DNA of 64,000 nt, taken from NCBI GenBank assembly GCA_051362555.1, contig CM120643.1, positions 20,216,848-20,280,847 of the forward strand. The letters are read 5' to 3'. The translations under genes and the position numbers were made by a program. This document shows, piece after piece, positions 41,199 through 54,518 of this stretch. Every line of letters begins with the position of its first letter. Position 1 is the first letter of the stretch. The stretch is from Lingula anatina (Eukaryota > Animalia > Brachiopoda). The notes under the pieces are model-generated. The model did not search any database, was not told the origin of the DNA, and saw only the letters and a program-made list of their open reading frames with translations.

Positions 41199-42596
41199 AT
41201 GGCTATCAAAAACGTATCTTTTCTGTACTACTTGAGTGAAAACAATGAGTCAAGCATTCAGCATTTCTGGCATCTACAACAGGAACAAAGTTTGCTGTAC
41301 AACATCACTCAGTTATCTCACCTAGTGGGGCGTTACCCATGGACTTCTTGCGCTCTCCTCTCCGGAACAAGCACCGATGCCATCTTGGGTGGAGAGTTGC
41401 CTGCATTCAAGAACTACATGGACCTGTTGGGGACTCCAATTTTAGTCATTGTAGGCATTATTCTTAATCTCTTAGCATTCATTGTACTGCACCACAAAGA
41501 TTTCCGTGACTCGTCGACTATGTTTTTCATGGCCATGCTAGCCTTTTCAAATGTAATGACCCTGTCCCTGATGAATGGAATAGGCTGGCTGGTAGAAATG
41601 ACAGGTTCCCCGAGCATTACAGCCTACCATGACAGTATATGTAAAATATGGCAACTGATTTTACGTGTAATCCCATTTTCATCCATCTGGTTCATTGTCG
41701 CCATGATAATAGACCAGTACATAACACTCAAATATGGAAGGCCAAAGGCTCCACAGCAAAGGGGTTCTGCAAGCCTTTGCATGCCACGCCTGGTCACTGT
41801 TTCCATCTACGTCGGAATGACGGTGATCAATATTCATGCCATGTGGCTCTTTGAGGTTCTCACTCCGAGAAACATGTGCCAGATTCCCAGCGAGCATGAT
41901 GCAATTTACGTGACAGCATGGAACTGGGTGTCCGCGACGACCTCCGTCTACCTTCCCATCCTACTACTGATCATCTTCACTTTCATTCTGATTGTCAGAC
42001 TGTGCCATTTCAAAGAGACTGGCTTTTCTGTGGAGGACTGGAAGGTGTGCAGAGCGACAGTAATTGTCTCCGGGGTTTTTCTATTGCTGTGCCTCCCCCC
42101 GACTGTTATCAATATACTCCAGCACACTCTAAGGGGCCCCCAGCCTGACTTGACCCTGGCCTGTGCCGCATACGTGGCCAGCTGGTGCCCCCTGTTCAAT
42201 ATAGCACTGGATTTCTTTATCTACATCATCTTTGTTCCCAGATTCGGTAAACAGCTCGTCAGTTTCATCAAGAGAAAGAAGCTAAACCGAAGACCATCGG
42301 AGAAGTCTCCCCATAACAACCTCCCGAAGATTGAAGTGACTTGTGAAATGTCTACCCCAGACCCCAACGAGGATATAAATTCCAATGATGGTCTAGAAAG
42401 TCTGCTAAAAGCTGAGACCAATGGCAGTAAATCGCCCCAGAGGACTATGTACGCACCTACCAATAATACCACCAATGAATCTGGCAGCACTGTGACTGTT
42501 TGGGTCCACATGGACGAATTGAAAAACTCTGTGATCAGTAGCAACTGCAGTCTAAACTGCAAAAGTGAAAGTGACATTGTAGTTTCCTCTGTTTGA
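41199..42596 (+). CDS. Intronless class A (rhodopsin-like) GPCR, FMRFamide/peptide-receptor-like, 465 aa
   Basis: Only long ORF in the window. First ATG at 41199 in aaaaATGG context (the track starts at an upstream GTG). Seven hydrophobic segments: GIILN (TM1), LAFSN (TM2), CK..DQY (TM3), ECL2 Cys, LP in TM5, FLLLCLP (TM6), NIALDFFIY (TM7). N-terminal sequons NVS/NES/NIT; Ser/Thr-rich C-tail. Confidence 0.93.
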   Translation: MAIKNVSFLYYLSENNESSIQHFWHLQQEQSLLYNITQLSHLVGRYPWTSCALLSGTSTDAILGGELPAFKNYMDLLGTPILVIVGIILNLLAFIVLHHKDFRDSSTMFFMAMLAFSNVMTLSLMNGIGWLVEMTGSPSITAYHDSICKIWQLILRVIPFSSIWFIVAMIIDQYITLKYGRPKAPQQRGSASLCMPRLVTVSIYVGMTVINIHAMWLFEVLTPRNMCQIPSEHDAIYVTAWNWVSATTSVYLPILLLIIFTFILIVRLCHFKETGFSVEDWKVCRATVIVSGVFLLLCLPPTVINILQHTLRGPQPDLTLACAAYVASWCPLFNIALDFFIYIIFVPRFGKQLVSFIKRKKLNRRPSEKSPHNNLPKIEVTCEMSTPDPNEDINSNDGLESLLKAETNGSKSPQRTMYAPTNNTTNESGSTVTVWVHMDELKNSVISSNCSLNCKSESDIVVSSV

Positions 42597-43208
42597 TATA
42601 TATATATACTGGTATATATATAAATTCTTATACTTTAAATAGTTATCCCATGAGTAGTAGCCCATAGGCCTCATGAGATGTGATCTGCATCTTGACTTAA
42701 TACTAGAACAGGAAAACTTATTTATCATTCAATTAACGAAAACTTGCCTATCAGGTGAGTTTTTCTTGGCAACAAGTAGGAACAGGTATTTAAAATATCT
42801 AGTGGGTATAAAAAGTAAAATGAGTATGTGAAGAATGCATTTAGTGAATTAAGATTAAAACCGAGAATAAAAGAGTGTTATGAGTTGAGGTTTATGATGC
42901 CAATCTTTATAACTTGTATGTTAAGTTATGGAGTTATTAAGTTTATAAAAATACAACTATTACATCGAATTGGCCTTGTGCTTTAAATATTGGCTAACCC
43001 CAATAAAATGATATGATATTCATATGAGTATTATGTAATGAACAGGTCTGTGTAATATGCAGCATTTCATAAAAGGAAAATGCTCATCAAAATGTGTGCA
43101 CCCTTTTTTTAAGGGTAAAATTCTACATACCAGTACCTTGACTATCATGTAGTATATATACCCTTATGATTAATGTAAACTAACATGTGCACATCAAATA
43201 TGCCAATT

Positions 43209-43381
43209 CAGGCCTGCAGCCAGCAATTTCAAATGGGGGGGGTTCGTTTTCTGAAAAAGTGGACCTTTTATCATAAAACCTTCTTGTACCTACTAGATCA
43301 AATTTTATCCAGAGTGGACCTTTTCGGAGCAAAAAGGGCGGTTCTTTCCAACCCCCTGAACCCCCCCTGGCTACGGGCCTG
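43209..43381 (+). mobile_element. CAGGCCCGTAGCCAG-type MITE, 5-bp TSD CAATT
   Basis: TIRs and CAATT on both flanks; downstream of the GPCR stop codon. Confidence 0.85.
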
Positions 43382-44589
43382 CAATTGCAATCACAAGGCA
43401 TGGGAAATTTGCAGCCAACTAATCTTGACATATTTAAAAGGAAACATGATAATGTCTAATGATTTAGGAATTCACTGCAATGTTGAAAACAATTCTTTCA
43501 GAGAAAGGGATAAACGTGTTAGGACATTGTGTTATGTGACACAGTAAAATCTGTGACAATATTACACCAACATTTGTAGCATAATGTTTTATGCCTAAAT
43601 ATGTTATATATTATTATTATTATTATTTTAATGTACCTATTTACGACTCTTTTAAACTTTTTTTGTTTGTTTGTTTTGGCTATGATTGGCTTTGAGTATT
43701 CTTAGTAAAGTACTTTGTCAACACTTGCTTTGCAACACTGGAGTTAAAAAAGTCCTCTCAAACTTCAAAGCTTTTAATTATGCAAGAGTAAACACAAATG
43801 TCAGTCAGTCAGTCAGTCAATGGTCTATAGTATGATCACCGTCTTGTCTCATTTGAGAGTTTTTTGTGAAATTGCATGGTTTTCAGTATAAATCTGATGT
43901 TGTCATTACTTAGCAAAAGATCTGTGTATCTTGAAGAAAGGTGGCAAAAATGGTAGCATGGTGTAGTATTATTCATATTTAAATAATATGCTTTTTGTCT
44001 TAACCCAACTGAAAATGTTCACTACTACTAGTCACTCTTTCATCAGGACTCCCCATAGATTGGACACACATCTTTCACTTGTATTTTGTGGGACATTACA
44101 ATATAAAAAATATCTAACAAAATCAAAACAAACTATCTTTTAAATTATAGTTAATTTAAATTTGGATGTTGAGAATTAATTTCAGTCTTGCTTTCCCCAA
44201 ATATTTTGACCTGAAAATGATAAATTATCTAGAATTTCTTTTCATCAAGCAGAATTACAAATTTAAACTATTTATCTTCAGATGCCAGACCCCATAGTGA
44301 TCTGAACTTTTCAATGAACATTGTATATGTACAGCATATATTGTGGAGAACAATTTTCCTTAGCGCCGTTGCGACATACAGTTTGATCTAGCACTAAAAT
44401 ATTCACAATAATCATACAAGGAAGTCATTTCCTTAGACTCAGAAAAAAAACATGACATTGAATTGCAGGTTATAAATAAAATCCAGAACATAATAGAGAA
44501 TAATCTCAATACTAGGGACAAAATCCTGCCCTAGGCTTAGCAAGAATAAATGATTTAATCTTTCCAATGGGAAAAACTGTGAATTTTTC

Positions 44590-44592
<3 letters not shown>

Positions 44593-44638
<46 letters not shown>
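44593..44638. repeat. Poly-C homopolymer (46 nt)
   Basis: Direct observation. Confidence 0.9.
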
Positions 44639-44639
<1 letters not shown>

Positions 44640-47600
44640 TGCACCTCCTGGTCAAATTATCTGTATTTTAATGAACTGTATTTTTTAAATTTATAAATTT
44701 TAGAATTCATAAATTTTATAATTAAAATACTCCTATTTAGTGGTAGCAACAAAACTGAAAAGTAGACTACCTTACAATTCCATTCTGTACTGATATACAT
44801 TAGTGAAATGCCAAATGTATTTTTAATGATGCTAAAGAGAACTGAAAACTTGATAATTTTTCACCAAAGAAAAGACAATCATTCTGTAAATATAAGTTTT
44901 TTTTTTCTTGGACAAAAGTGGGCGTTTAGATCTACAGCATAACATGGAAGATATTCTTCCTTTGTCTCTTTGTAAACACTCACTCTAAAAATGTTGGCTA
45001 ACAGTATTTGTAGTATATTGTCCCAATTGCAAGTAATAAAATGCCTACTTCATGTCTAGAAAGAGGCTGCAAGAAGCAGACCATCTTTTAACAGAATAAA
45101 TGAAAAAGTCCTCATATAAGTTCTACAAAAAGTGGTTACTGTACTTGACTTGCGTTCAAAAACTTATTTTCCATCCTTTAAAGATGCCAGAGGCAACACA
45201 ACATAGTCATCTTAATTAGTGAAATAACACTAAAATACAGGATGGTAGTTGGGAAGGGGAGGTTGAAACAATCACCTTTTTTATTGGTATCGGTCTAGGT
45301 TTTATGCCACCATTTCTCAAGTTTGATTAACCAAGAATTTTAAAAAAATCCACTGTCTCAGAAAAAGACCCCCTGCCCCTTTGAAATTGCTGGCTACAGG
45401 CTTGAAATAGAACAATTTTTTTGTGAAGTTACGTTTCTGAAGACCTGCAAGCAACCACATGTTAAAAAAATAGCATGGAGGTGTGATTTGTAAACAGGAA
45501 TAAAAAAAAAAAACAAATGCAGATTTTTTGTCTATTTTGAGTGCAGTGCCTTACATTTTATGAAAGAAACAGACATTGGGACAAGACCCTGACAAACTAA
45601 AAAATTTATCATTTAAAAAATTTCTGAAGTTATACGATATGTCTCTTTCACTGTTTGAAAAAGCTCACAGGGCCACTCAGGGGAGGAAACGTGATGGAGC
45701 ATCTAACATGGTCAGGTGGTTCACCTTGAGATCGGGGATCGGAGGTCACCCTAAATTGTGGCACCATGTGGGATCATCTTGAACTTCCAACAATCTACTA
45801 GTATCACCTTTGGTAAACTGAGTGAATCAGACAATAGCAATGCCCAGTCACCTTTTCTAGAACAAATTTTCATGCAGCAAATATAGGGTTTTCATTGACT
45901 CTTGTGTAACGATGATAAAAAAGTATATTGTTTCTAAAGAAAATAAAGAGGTTTCATAACTGGGACATGAAAGGGAAGGGGTCTTGATCACAAGACTGAT
46001 GTTTTTCTACCTACAGAGCCCTATTCTTTTCCACACAGATAATGTCTGCTTCCATTAGACACCTTTTTAAATTCTCTTTTCTGTTTTTTTTATCTTGTGT
46101 CTTGATTCTACTGTCTTTTATCTGTCTTATTTTAGTAAATTTAACAAAATTTAATCTTTTACTTGCAGTGATATAAAAATGATGCCTGATGTTTTTTTTT
46201 ATTGAATTCTGCTCACCTTCTAGATCGTTAAAGAAAGCATTTACGTAATTTGAGCAATTTGCAAATGTCAGTGCACTTTCCACTCATAAACATCCAAAAC
46301 ACAATATCATAGAACTAGCTTTTTATGAACTTTTTCCAATAACATAAAAGCACTGACGTAAATATAATTAATTTCTCACCGGGTTTAATTAGCAGTTCAC
46401 TCATTTGAACTTTATTGCTGTGTGAAATGAAAAAAGGGTAATGCTGATGCAAGCTATGAGGCAACAATTTCAAGCAAGGAGTAGGGGTATCCTTCTGAAA
46501 AAGTGAAACTTTTAAACCCACATTTGACCCAAAGAAAAGAATCTGTATCAAATTCTGATTCAGAGTGGAATTTTCCAGCCAAAAGGGCAATTTTTTCTCT
46601 CCTCCCCTCCCCTTCTTGATTAGAGCCTGTAACCTCTCTATATTCAAACACATTTGCTGAATAATATTAAAAAACACAATATTTGATATTTTGAGCTGTT
46701 AACATTTTCTTATCGTGATATATGTGAAGCTATTAGGGCTGTTTATGGATAACTGATACCTAGTTCATTTTGCCACCGGGTTCAAATTTAAGATTCTGAA
46801 CTTCTGTCTTAATCAACATTTTAATGTATAAAACCTTTTTGTCAATGAATCATGGGTTGTCTTTCTGTACATCAGTGTTAAATACATTTGTTTAAAATTT
46901 TATTTAAAACAACTGAACGTTGTATGGATTAATATGCAGTGTGTGCCTGTAAAACTAGTGATTCTTGGAAACTATTGTGATATTCATTTAATACATTGGT
47001 AATAAATTGGCTATAAAAGTCATCGATACATGCTGGCGTTATTCATTAACTGTAAAATCAATTATTAAGGACAACCATGCTATATCCAGATGAAAGGGAA
47101 ATTGGTCAACATACTCTGTTCATGTGGCAGCAGTATTTCCTTCGGTTTGATACAGTTTCCCTGATATATGAAACACATTTTAAAAAAATGCAATTCTAAA
47201 AGAGAAGAACTTCGTTCATCGCTGAGAACAAATATATCCATGCAAAATGTCCAAATTGGCAGCAAAACTCAGTCATGGTGTGTTGCATGTAACCCACCTG
47301 TTTTAATAGGTGATTAAAATCTACAAAATATTATCAAATTGTGCATAGTTTCCTCTGCCCAATCCATCACCTAGCCACTGCCTCTGTAATTTTTATTGAC
47401 ATTTTATGGGAAACAGTCCTGGACAGTCCACATATAAATTTTTCAAATTTATTTTTTTATGCCCACTCTCCGTTGATCAATAAGATTCAATGCAATATAG
47501 CCACTCTCAGCTGACAAATGGAATAACATTAACATAACTGGCTGCAACTGGCTTGAAAACAAGCCATTAACAGTGCTTTTGCTGGAAAAATTTGATTTCT

Positions 47601-50600
47601 TAGAGTATGCTTGTTTAAAATGTGGTTTTGGATTGCTTCGATGACCATTACTGGTTAGATTATGTTCATATTTAAAGAAAAGCAGTTTTTCTGTTTAACC
47701 ACATTCATCTCTTGAAGGAAATGGTAAGGGTGACATTTGTCTTGCTACAATGGAAGAAAACAGCGTCTTATTTCACATTTCTCTGGTTTCTTAAGTAATA
47801 TCCTCTCATAAAAACACACACATCCTTTTCATTAAGTTTCAATTACACCAATTCCTGGAATACGAGTCAAACATGTATTTTGTTTATTTTTCAGGTGCTT
47901 TTGTCCTTCTGTTTTCATTCGAGAAATAAAATAACAGAGAGCAGGTGCTCTGAGGCCTATCTTATTAAAACGTCATTGAAATTATGGTAAAAAAAAATTT
48001 ACCAGGACTAAGGTAAAATGTACATATTGTACTTCCCTGAACATCCACAATGGAAAGATATTAATCTGTAGTCAGTTTCTCTCCAACACAATATCCTGTC
48101 TGGCACTTTCCTTCCTTTTTTCACTTCTTTTATGAATTCACAAAATTATTTTGATTGCAGCTATCTCGCTATGTTATGATTTCTTAATTACTTTGCGCAG
48201 CATTCAAATTTGCAAATCACGTTCCCTTTTATGTTCTTGGGCAAAAGGACTTTACACCTACATGCTAGTATAATGGTTGGCATTTGTTGCACACAACCTT
48301 CAATAAACAATTTATCTAAACAAAGTGCTCATTTTTACCTACAGTAGCTGTCGATAATATTAAATCAAAAGTATCCTTTAAGTTTAAACAAGAATACTAT
48401 AGAAACAAACAGATTGGAAATTACACTTACAATTTCAAAGCTAACTGTAATGCCACATTATTGACTTTAAATTTCCTTTCAAATGTCCTGTTTATAATTT
48501 TACACTTACCACATAAAAAACAATCTCACCACTCCTCTTGTTTCATTAATATTAAGTGTGTGTCCATGATAAGACCAGTCAGAGGGTGGCAAGGTGGGGG
48601 TCAACAGATTTCAACCAAATTCATAATATAGTTGCATACATAGGAGATATTCATATTGAAGGCAACAATCCCAAAAGAAATCATTGGATATAATTATAAT
48701 ATAATATTAAATGTTTTGGCCATTTTTGGCTTGATTTTCAGCTTCGGTCAATAAAGCCACTTCATAAGCAAATATGTCAAAACTGATGACTTTTTAAAAT
48801 AAATTGATAATTTACCTATTTAAAGCAGCCATTTGCCATTGAGAATATGTTACTTAATTTTAGTTTAACCCACAAACTAACGAGCCACGCCCATTTTTAT
48901 AACCCCACCCCCCAAACTCACTTTTCTACCAAGCAATGTTCAAGCATTCATCTCTCTCTTTTTGCAGGGTTGACAGCCATAAAATTGTATAGGGATCCTG
49001 AGCATATATTGGTCTCATCATACAAATTTTAAAAAGTGTGTTAAACACAACAGAAGATATTGAAAAAGTGCCTCAAACATAAGCAATTTTAGCAGAAAAC
49101 CAAACGACCGAAATCAAGATATCAGTACATTTTGAGATAATACCTTCCAATAATCAAATTTAATCAAAGACTCACAGCCAGGAATTCAAACAATGCTTTG
49201 ATAAGGGCAAATCTATCCAATTTTATAAATACAAGATGGCTGCCATCAATTCTGTCCCAAAATACAGTTACCATAATTCCTCAAAATAATCAAGAAGCCC
49301 ATTTTTGCAGGTTTTTTATTTTGAGATCTGTAATACAGGGTTGCTCAGATATTTTTTTCAAACAGAGCCATACAACTTCTGAATAAATTTAAATTATTAG
49401 TGACATGTTATTCAACACCCCCCCCCGCTCCATTTAATGAGTTATTACTGTGCATATCCAATGTCATCAGCATTGCGTATATACCTTATTTTCAGGGAGC
49501 AATAGAGAAAAAAAAATTACAAAGGATTTTTCTAAAGGTAAAAGGGAATGACTGTCTCATTTTATCAGTTTTCTCAAGTGCAACACTAATTAATCCACTT
49601 GAAATGATTTATATTGCATTTTTCAACCATTCTTTTTCCTTTCAAATGATTTATAGGTTTTGTAAATACATGTGATATCTTGTTATCTATATTCTTTTTC
49701 TATAAAGAAAATTAAAACAAAGTCAGCAACATACAATGACAGGAGGAGTACTTTATTTTCATATTATTAATTGGACAGTAAAAGAACAAAGCAGTTACTT
49801 TTCACAGGAGTGAAATCAAGCTATGAATCTCCAAGGTTCCAATATCACGGTCATCTTTTCCATATACTGAACACAACAGTGATGGGTAGTGTTCCAGAGA
49901 TTTTAATCTTATAACTGATTGATCCCCAAGTTTCTTCTTCTGGTTGAGAGATATAGGGTCTCCTTAGACAGTAATGATAATTCAGCAATCTTAGAAAAAG
50001 TGTGGTAACTTGAAGCAACATGCCACTATAGTTTACTGTGACTGAACTGTCAATTGTCAATATTTGTCAATCCAATGGAAATCCAATTTGAAATCCAGAA
50101 TTCCATGATAGAAAGACAGAGTTGGTGCTCACATCTGAATCTGATGAATTTGCCTACAGGTGCAATTTCAGGCGACTCTTCTATTATTATCTGTAAGATT
50201 GTCCATGTCAAGGTTAACATCCAGGCCTAGGATGTAAAATCTGAAAAATAAACATAACATCAATAAATGTTTTAAAACAACAGAGGCTTACTGTGTTCAG
50301 AATAGAAACTACTGTAGCAGGATCAATCTATCTCAGCGGAGTATCACACTCAGGCTCAGTCATTGTAATCAGCTTAATTGTCTGGCACATCCCCTTGCAA
50401 AGCAACATGAACAACATAATGGACCGCAAAGTCTTCCTGATTTTACTAAAGTACTTTTAGTTGTACAAGTGTTCTGTGTAAGACTTGAAAATTGAAGCAC
50501 AGTATGTTACAAAGTCACATAAAGCTAAGTGGTTAACTTCAACTTCGTTGTAAACACACATAAATCTGCATATGAAACTAAAATATAAAAAACTGGCACA

Positions 50601-51068
50601 AGTAACATCCCCTAAAATGCCAAAACTGAATGTGAAACTGAATGTGTGTTACATACCTTTGATTCTGGGAAAGAAATTTCTAATGAAGCTGTCTACAAGC
50701 TGTCTCTTAACTGTTTGTGTTATGATAACACATGTAACAAAGCCCTAGAATTTAATGCACAAATATACTTGATAAGTTAGATACAGTTAATTCTCTTCAG
50801 CAGACATATTTACCATGAAATAGAAATCAAGTAAAATTCTATGAATTGAAATATACCAGAACATATTTTAATTCTGCTTAATATTCTTTATATTACTTAA
50901 AAATATTCAAACTTATTATTTAAAATGGTTTGAGTTTTTAGTGTATCTGATTCTAGTATATTTTATATATAGTATATATATGATCACTTACCTTATATAT
51001 CCAGCTCATCGATTTAGCTCTGGATGTTTTGAGGAACCTAAGCCTGACAACAGTTTGAAGTGGTTCAA

Positions 51069-51108
<40 letters not shown>

Positions 51109-51112
51109 CTAA

Positions 51113-51256
51113 CAGGGGCGGATCCAGAGATTTTTTCTGACAGTCTTCCAAATTCTCTTTGTTGATCCATCCTACATTTTTGACCGTCTTACGACAGACA
51201 AAATTAGGTATACCCGACAATGTAAACTTCAAAATCTGAGCCTCAATCCGCCCCTG
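51113..51256 (+). mobile_element. CAGGGGCGG-type MITE (internally deleted)
   Basis: CAGGGGCGGAT...ATCCGCCCCTG termini; same body as 1084-1255; TSD not clean. Confidence 0.8.
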
Positions 51257-53020
51257 CTGACGACCAGCTGCTATGGTCATTTCTTGTGATATTCTGGTGC
51301 ACACCAATCATTCTGAGATGTACCTAAGCATCTCTAGTGCGTGTTCTTCATAAAATTAAGAAAGCATTATGTTTTAACACTGTAAAGACGATGTGCTTTG
51401 CTCCACAGTTGCTCCGGTGATAATCCTAGTACCCGCCATGTTGAAAATAGGTCACAGAGTTAGCATTGTTATTTTACATTTAGTTTCTACAACATAAACA
51501 AATTTAAAAAATGTATTTTTTCTTCATAAGTTTGTCTGCAGGGCAAACAAGATTGTTTTAAGGGCTTTTCACAAACCTATACATGGTTTTGACTTATTAA
51601 TTTAGTTGAAGAAACAGATAAGCAATTCAGTAGTATAAAAATATTCGTTTTTAGGCCCTTTTTAAAATTGTTATAGTTCTAATTTTACAAGGTTTAACAC
51701 AGATTTTATTTCACAAAATTTATTTTGCAACCCTTTTCTATCAGCACATACCTAAATTATATGGATACAACCTGCAAAAAAGAAGATGTGTGCATTTAAA
51801 GAAGGGGAGGGGGTCAAGCATACGGAAAACATGCCTTATTAGAATCAACCTTGTGTGGTCATGACAGTGCCCTTTCGAAAAATCTGTACTGGGTATTAAA
51901 GGTCTTTCCTTAACCCATCATATGGCATACCTAAATAATTCCTTATGATGTACATGATTTTTAAAAATAATATTTAAAATTATAACTTTTCAAGAGCTAA
52001 AAAATGCAATATTTTGGCAAAATTGCGGATAAAAGACCTTCCCCCATATCTCTAAAACTAATGATCCAAAATAAGAAAGCCAGTGGCTCACAATATCTTT
52101 CATGTTGATGGTTTACCACACCAAAAATTATTAAAATCTGCTGACCCCCACCTTGCCGCCTTCTGACCGATCTGTTTGGCTTTCTCATGGACGCGCTCTT
52201 AATATTAAATACTGTTAAGAGATGAAAATGTTGAAAATTACAATTGTTCATCTAAATGTTTCAAAGTCTGAAAATAAGTAGATTACACCAAAACACAGTC
52301 ACTGGCAGAAATTTAAAAAAAAACTGTCAAATAATAATCTGACATAACCTTTCATTTCTTATTTCATCCAAGTAATTTTGCTAGCATATTAGTTACAACC
52401 TAACAAGAAAAATCAATTATACCCTCTGTTACCAACAGTGTAGTTGGCAATTTTTTTTGTTGTTGTTGTTGTTTTGTTTGTTTGTGTTGTTTCGTCTTGG
52501 TGTGAGTGGCGCCCTCATATGTTGGATGATTAGTGTTCTGTTGAATGGTAATTTACATCACCATGTATTGTCATGGTTGGAACACGCCTGGTACTGTATG
52601 CGAAAGAGTGGAGGCAGCATTGTTATGTACATATTTTTATTTATTTAATGTATGTGTTTATTATAATTAATTCACTGTGACATTTGTATTAATTTGAATT
52701 TTATATTTGTTTATTCTTTTACTTTCATTTGTTTCATTTGTTTCAATTATATTTCAGTTCACTGTCGCAATATTGTTTATAGACGAGTGTAAAAAACTGT
52801 TTATTCCTCCACCGAGAATTTTGTTTTGACATTTGCTACACCCTCCCCATTTTTAGTTTTTGTTAAATGTAACTTACAAAATTTTCATAACGGTAACCTT
52901 AAAAACTATCTATTAATTACTCTTGAGCTTAATTTTGGCAGGAAATGATCATTTCCTTAATAAAGATATGGCATTATAACCTAAAAATATCTCAAAAAGC
53001 ATTTGATATTTCAAGTTTTT

Positions 53021-54404
53021 TTTTTTATTGACACTATACATCAAGAATACATGACAATACAAATACAAACAAACTGACACTCGCTCACACACTCACACAT
53101 AAGAGATGGTATACTATATAACACTTTTTAGTTAATTACATCGTCGTACGCTAAATATTCAAATTGAAAATAACTTAATTATATCTGAATTGTACTGACA
53201 GATTGACTTATCTGTTTTCACCAGATATCTAAGCGATGAAACCAAACCTCCTAATGTTGGTTTACCCTGTGAACATCTTCTTAAATAAATATAAAATTTA
53301 AATTGCAACATAATGAGATTAATAATTGGAGAGAGGCTCGTAGAGCCGACTAAGCAATTCCTTTTTGAGACAGGTAGAGTAACTTGAGTATTAGATAATA
53401 TATATTCTACGAAGTCGGTCAATAACTTTTGGGTAACCGCACAATTCCAGAATAAATGCTCTGTTGTTTCTTCAGCTCCTTTGCAAAGGGAACATATACT
53501 GTTGTCGACCATTTTATATTTGAAAAGCAGTGAATTTGTGGTAAGGATATTATGATTAATTCGAAATTGGAACCAGTGAAGCTTTGAATCTTTTGTTATT
53601 GTGAAAGGAAGTTCGAAAATCTTCGGGCATTCATTTTCCTCCAAATTTAACAACTCCTTCCATTTATTCATACCTTTTGACATCTCAAGAACACCTACTT
53701 TACTTAAAGTTTTATAATAAATCTTTGAGCCTTTTGAACAACCTGACAGCAACAATATATGATCAGGAATTAAAGGAGTGGCAATTTTACTTAATTTTTC
53801 AGGAAAACCCTAAGCCATTCTTTTATGGCTGAGATAATTCCATGGTATTCAACAAAATTTGTGTCAGTACTGTGGATATCCCTGAACGCAGTGAAGTCAT
53901 AGATCTCTCCAGAGTCCAGGAGTAGATCATTAACAAATCTAATGTTTTTGTCATACCACGATGTATAGAAGACAGGTTTATTTCCAATAACTTATATTTT
54001 CATTTAGAAAGAGTGGAATGTTACCAAAATACTTGATTTTATTGGCCATTATTGTACCACAGAGTTCTTTCCAGGCTGCTAAGGCATCAATCCAGAATCT
54101 ATTTTTTATGTTTAACTTTTTCAAGATTTTTGATATATATTCTGTACCACATGTGATTAGTTTTTCAGTGTCTACATATTTAGATATAATATTTTTCCAT
54201 TCTTTATTTTCAAACATAAGTCTTCTTACCCATGGAATTTTTAACGATTTTATAAAATGCCTCACGCTTATCATCCTCAAGCCCCCAGCTTTATAATCTC
54301 TTATAATGATATTTCTTTTAATTTTATCAGGTTTATTATTCCAGAGAAAAGAAAAAAGACACTTTTCTAATTCTTTAATCTGTTTTTCCTCTGGGTTTGG
54401 GAGC
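53021..54404 (-). mobile_element. 5'-truncated L1/Tx1-clade LINE (ORF2 C-terminus, frameshifted)
   Basis: ORFs with FLWNNKPDKIKR..GGL and zf-RVT-like FQFRINHNILTTN..CSLC..ETTEHLFWNC; AATAAA plus poly(A) 3' end; 16-bp TSD GATATTTCAAGTTTTT at 53005-53020 and 54405-54420. Confidence 0.92.
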
Positions 54405-54518
54405 GATATTTCAAGTTTTTCTGACAGTGCCAACAATTAAATCAACAAGGTAAAAATAAATTTTTCAAAGTAAGAATTTGCAATGTATTCTGGTATTGGC
54501 AGAGAAAGTCTCCTCCTA

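Noticed and set aside
41414-42577. Antisense and alternate-frame ORFs over the GPCR
   Set aside because: Shadows of the real CDS with no independent motifs.
45690-45790. Weak resemblance to 7SL/SRP RNA on the minus strand (GGTGACCTCC, GGTGAACC)
   Set aside because: Only two short words match; no Alu domain or helix 8 GNRA motif.
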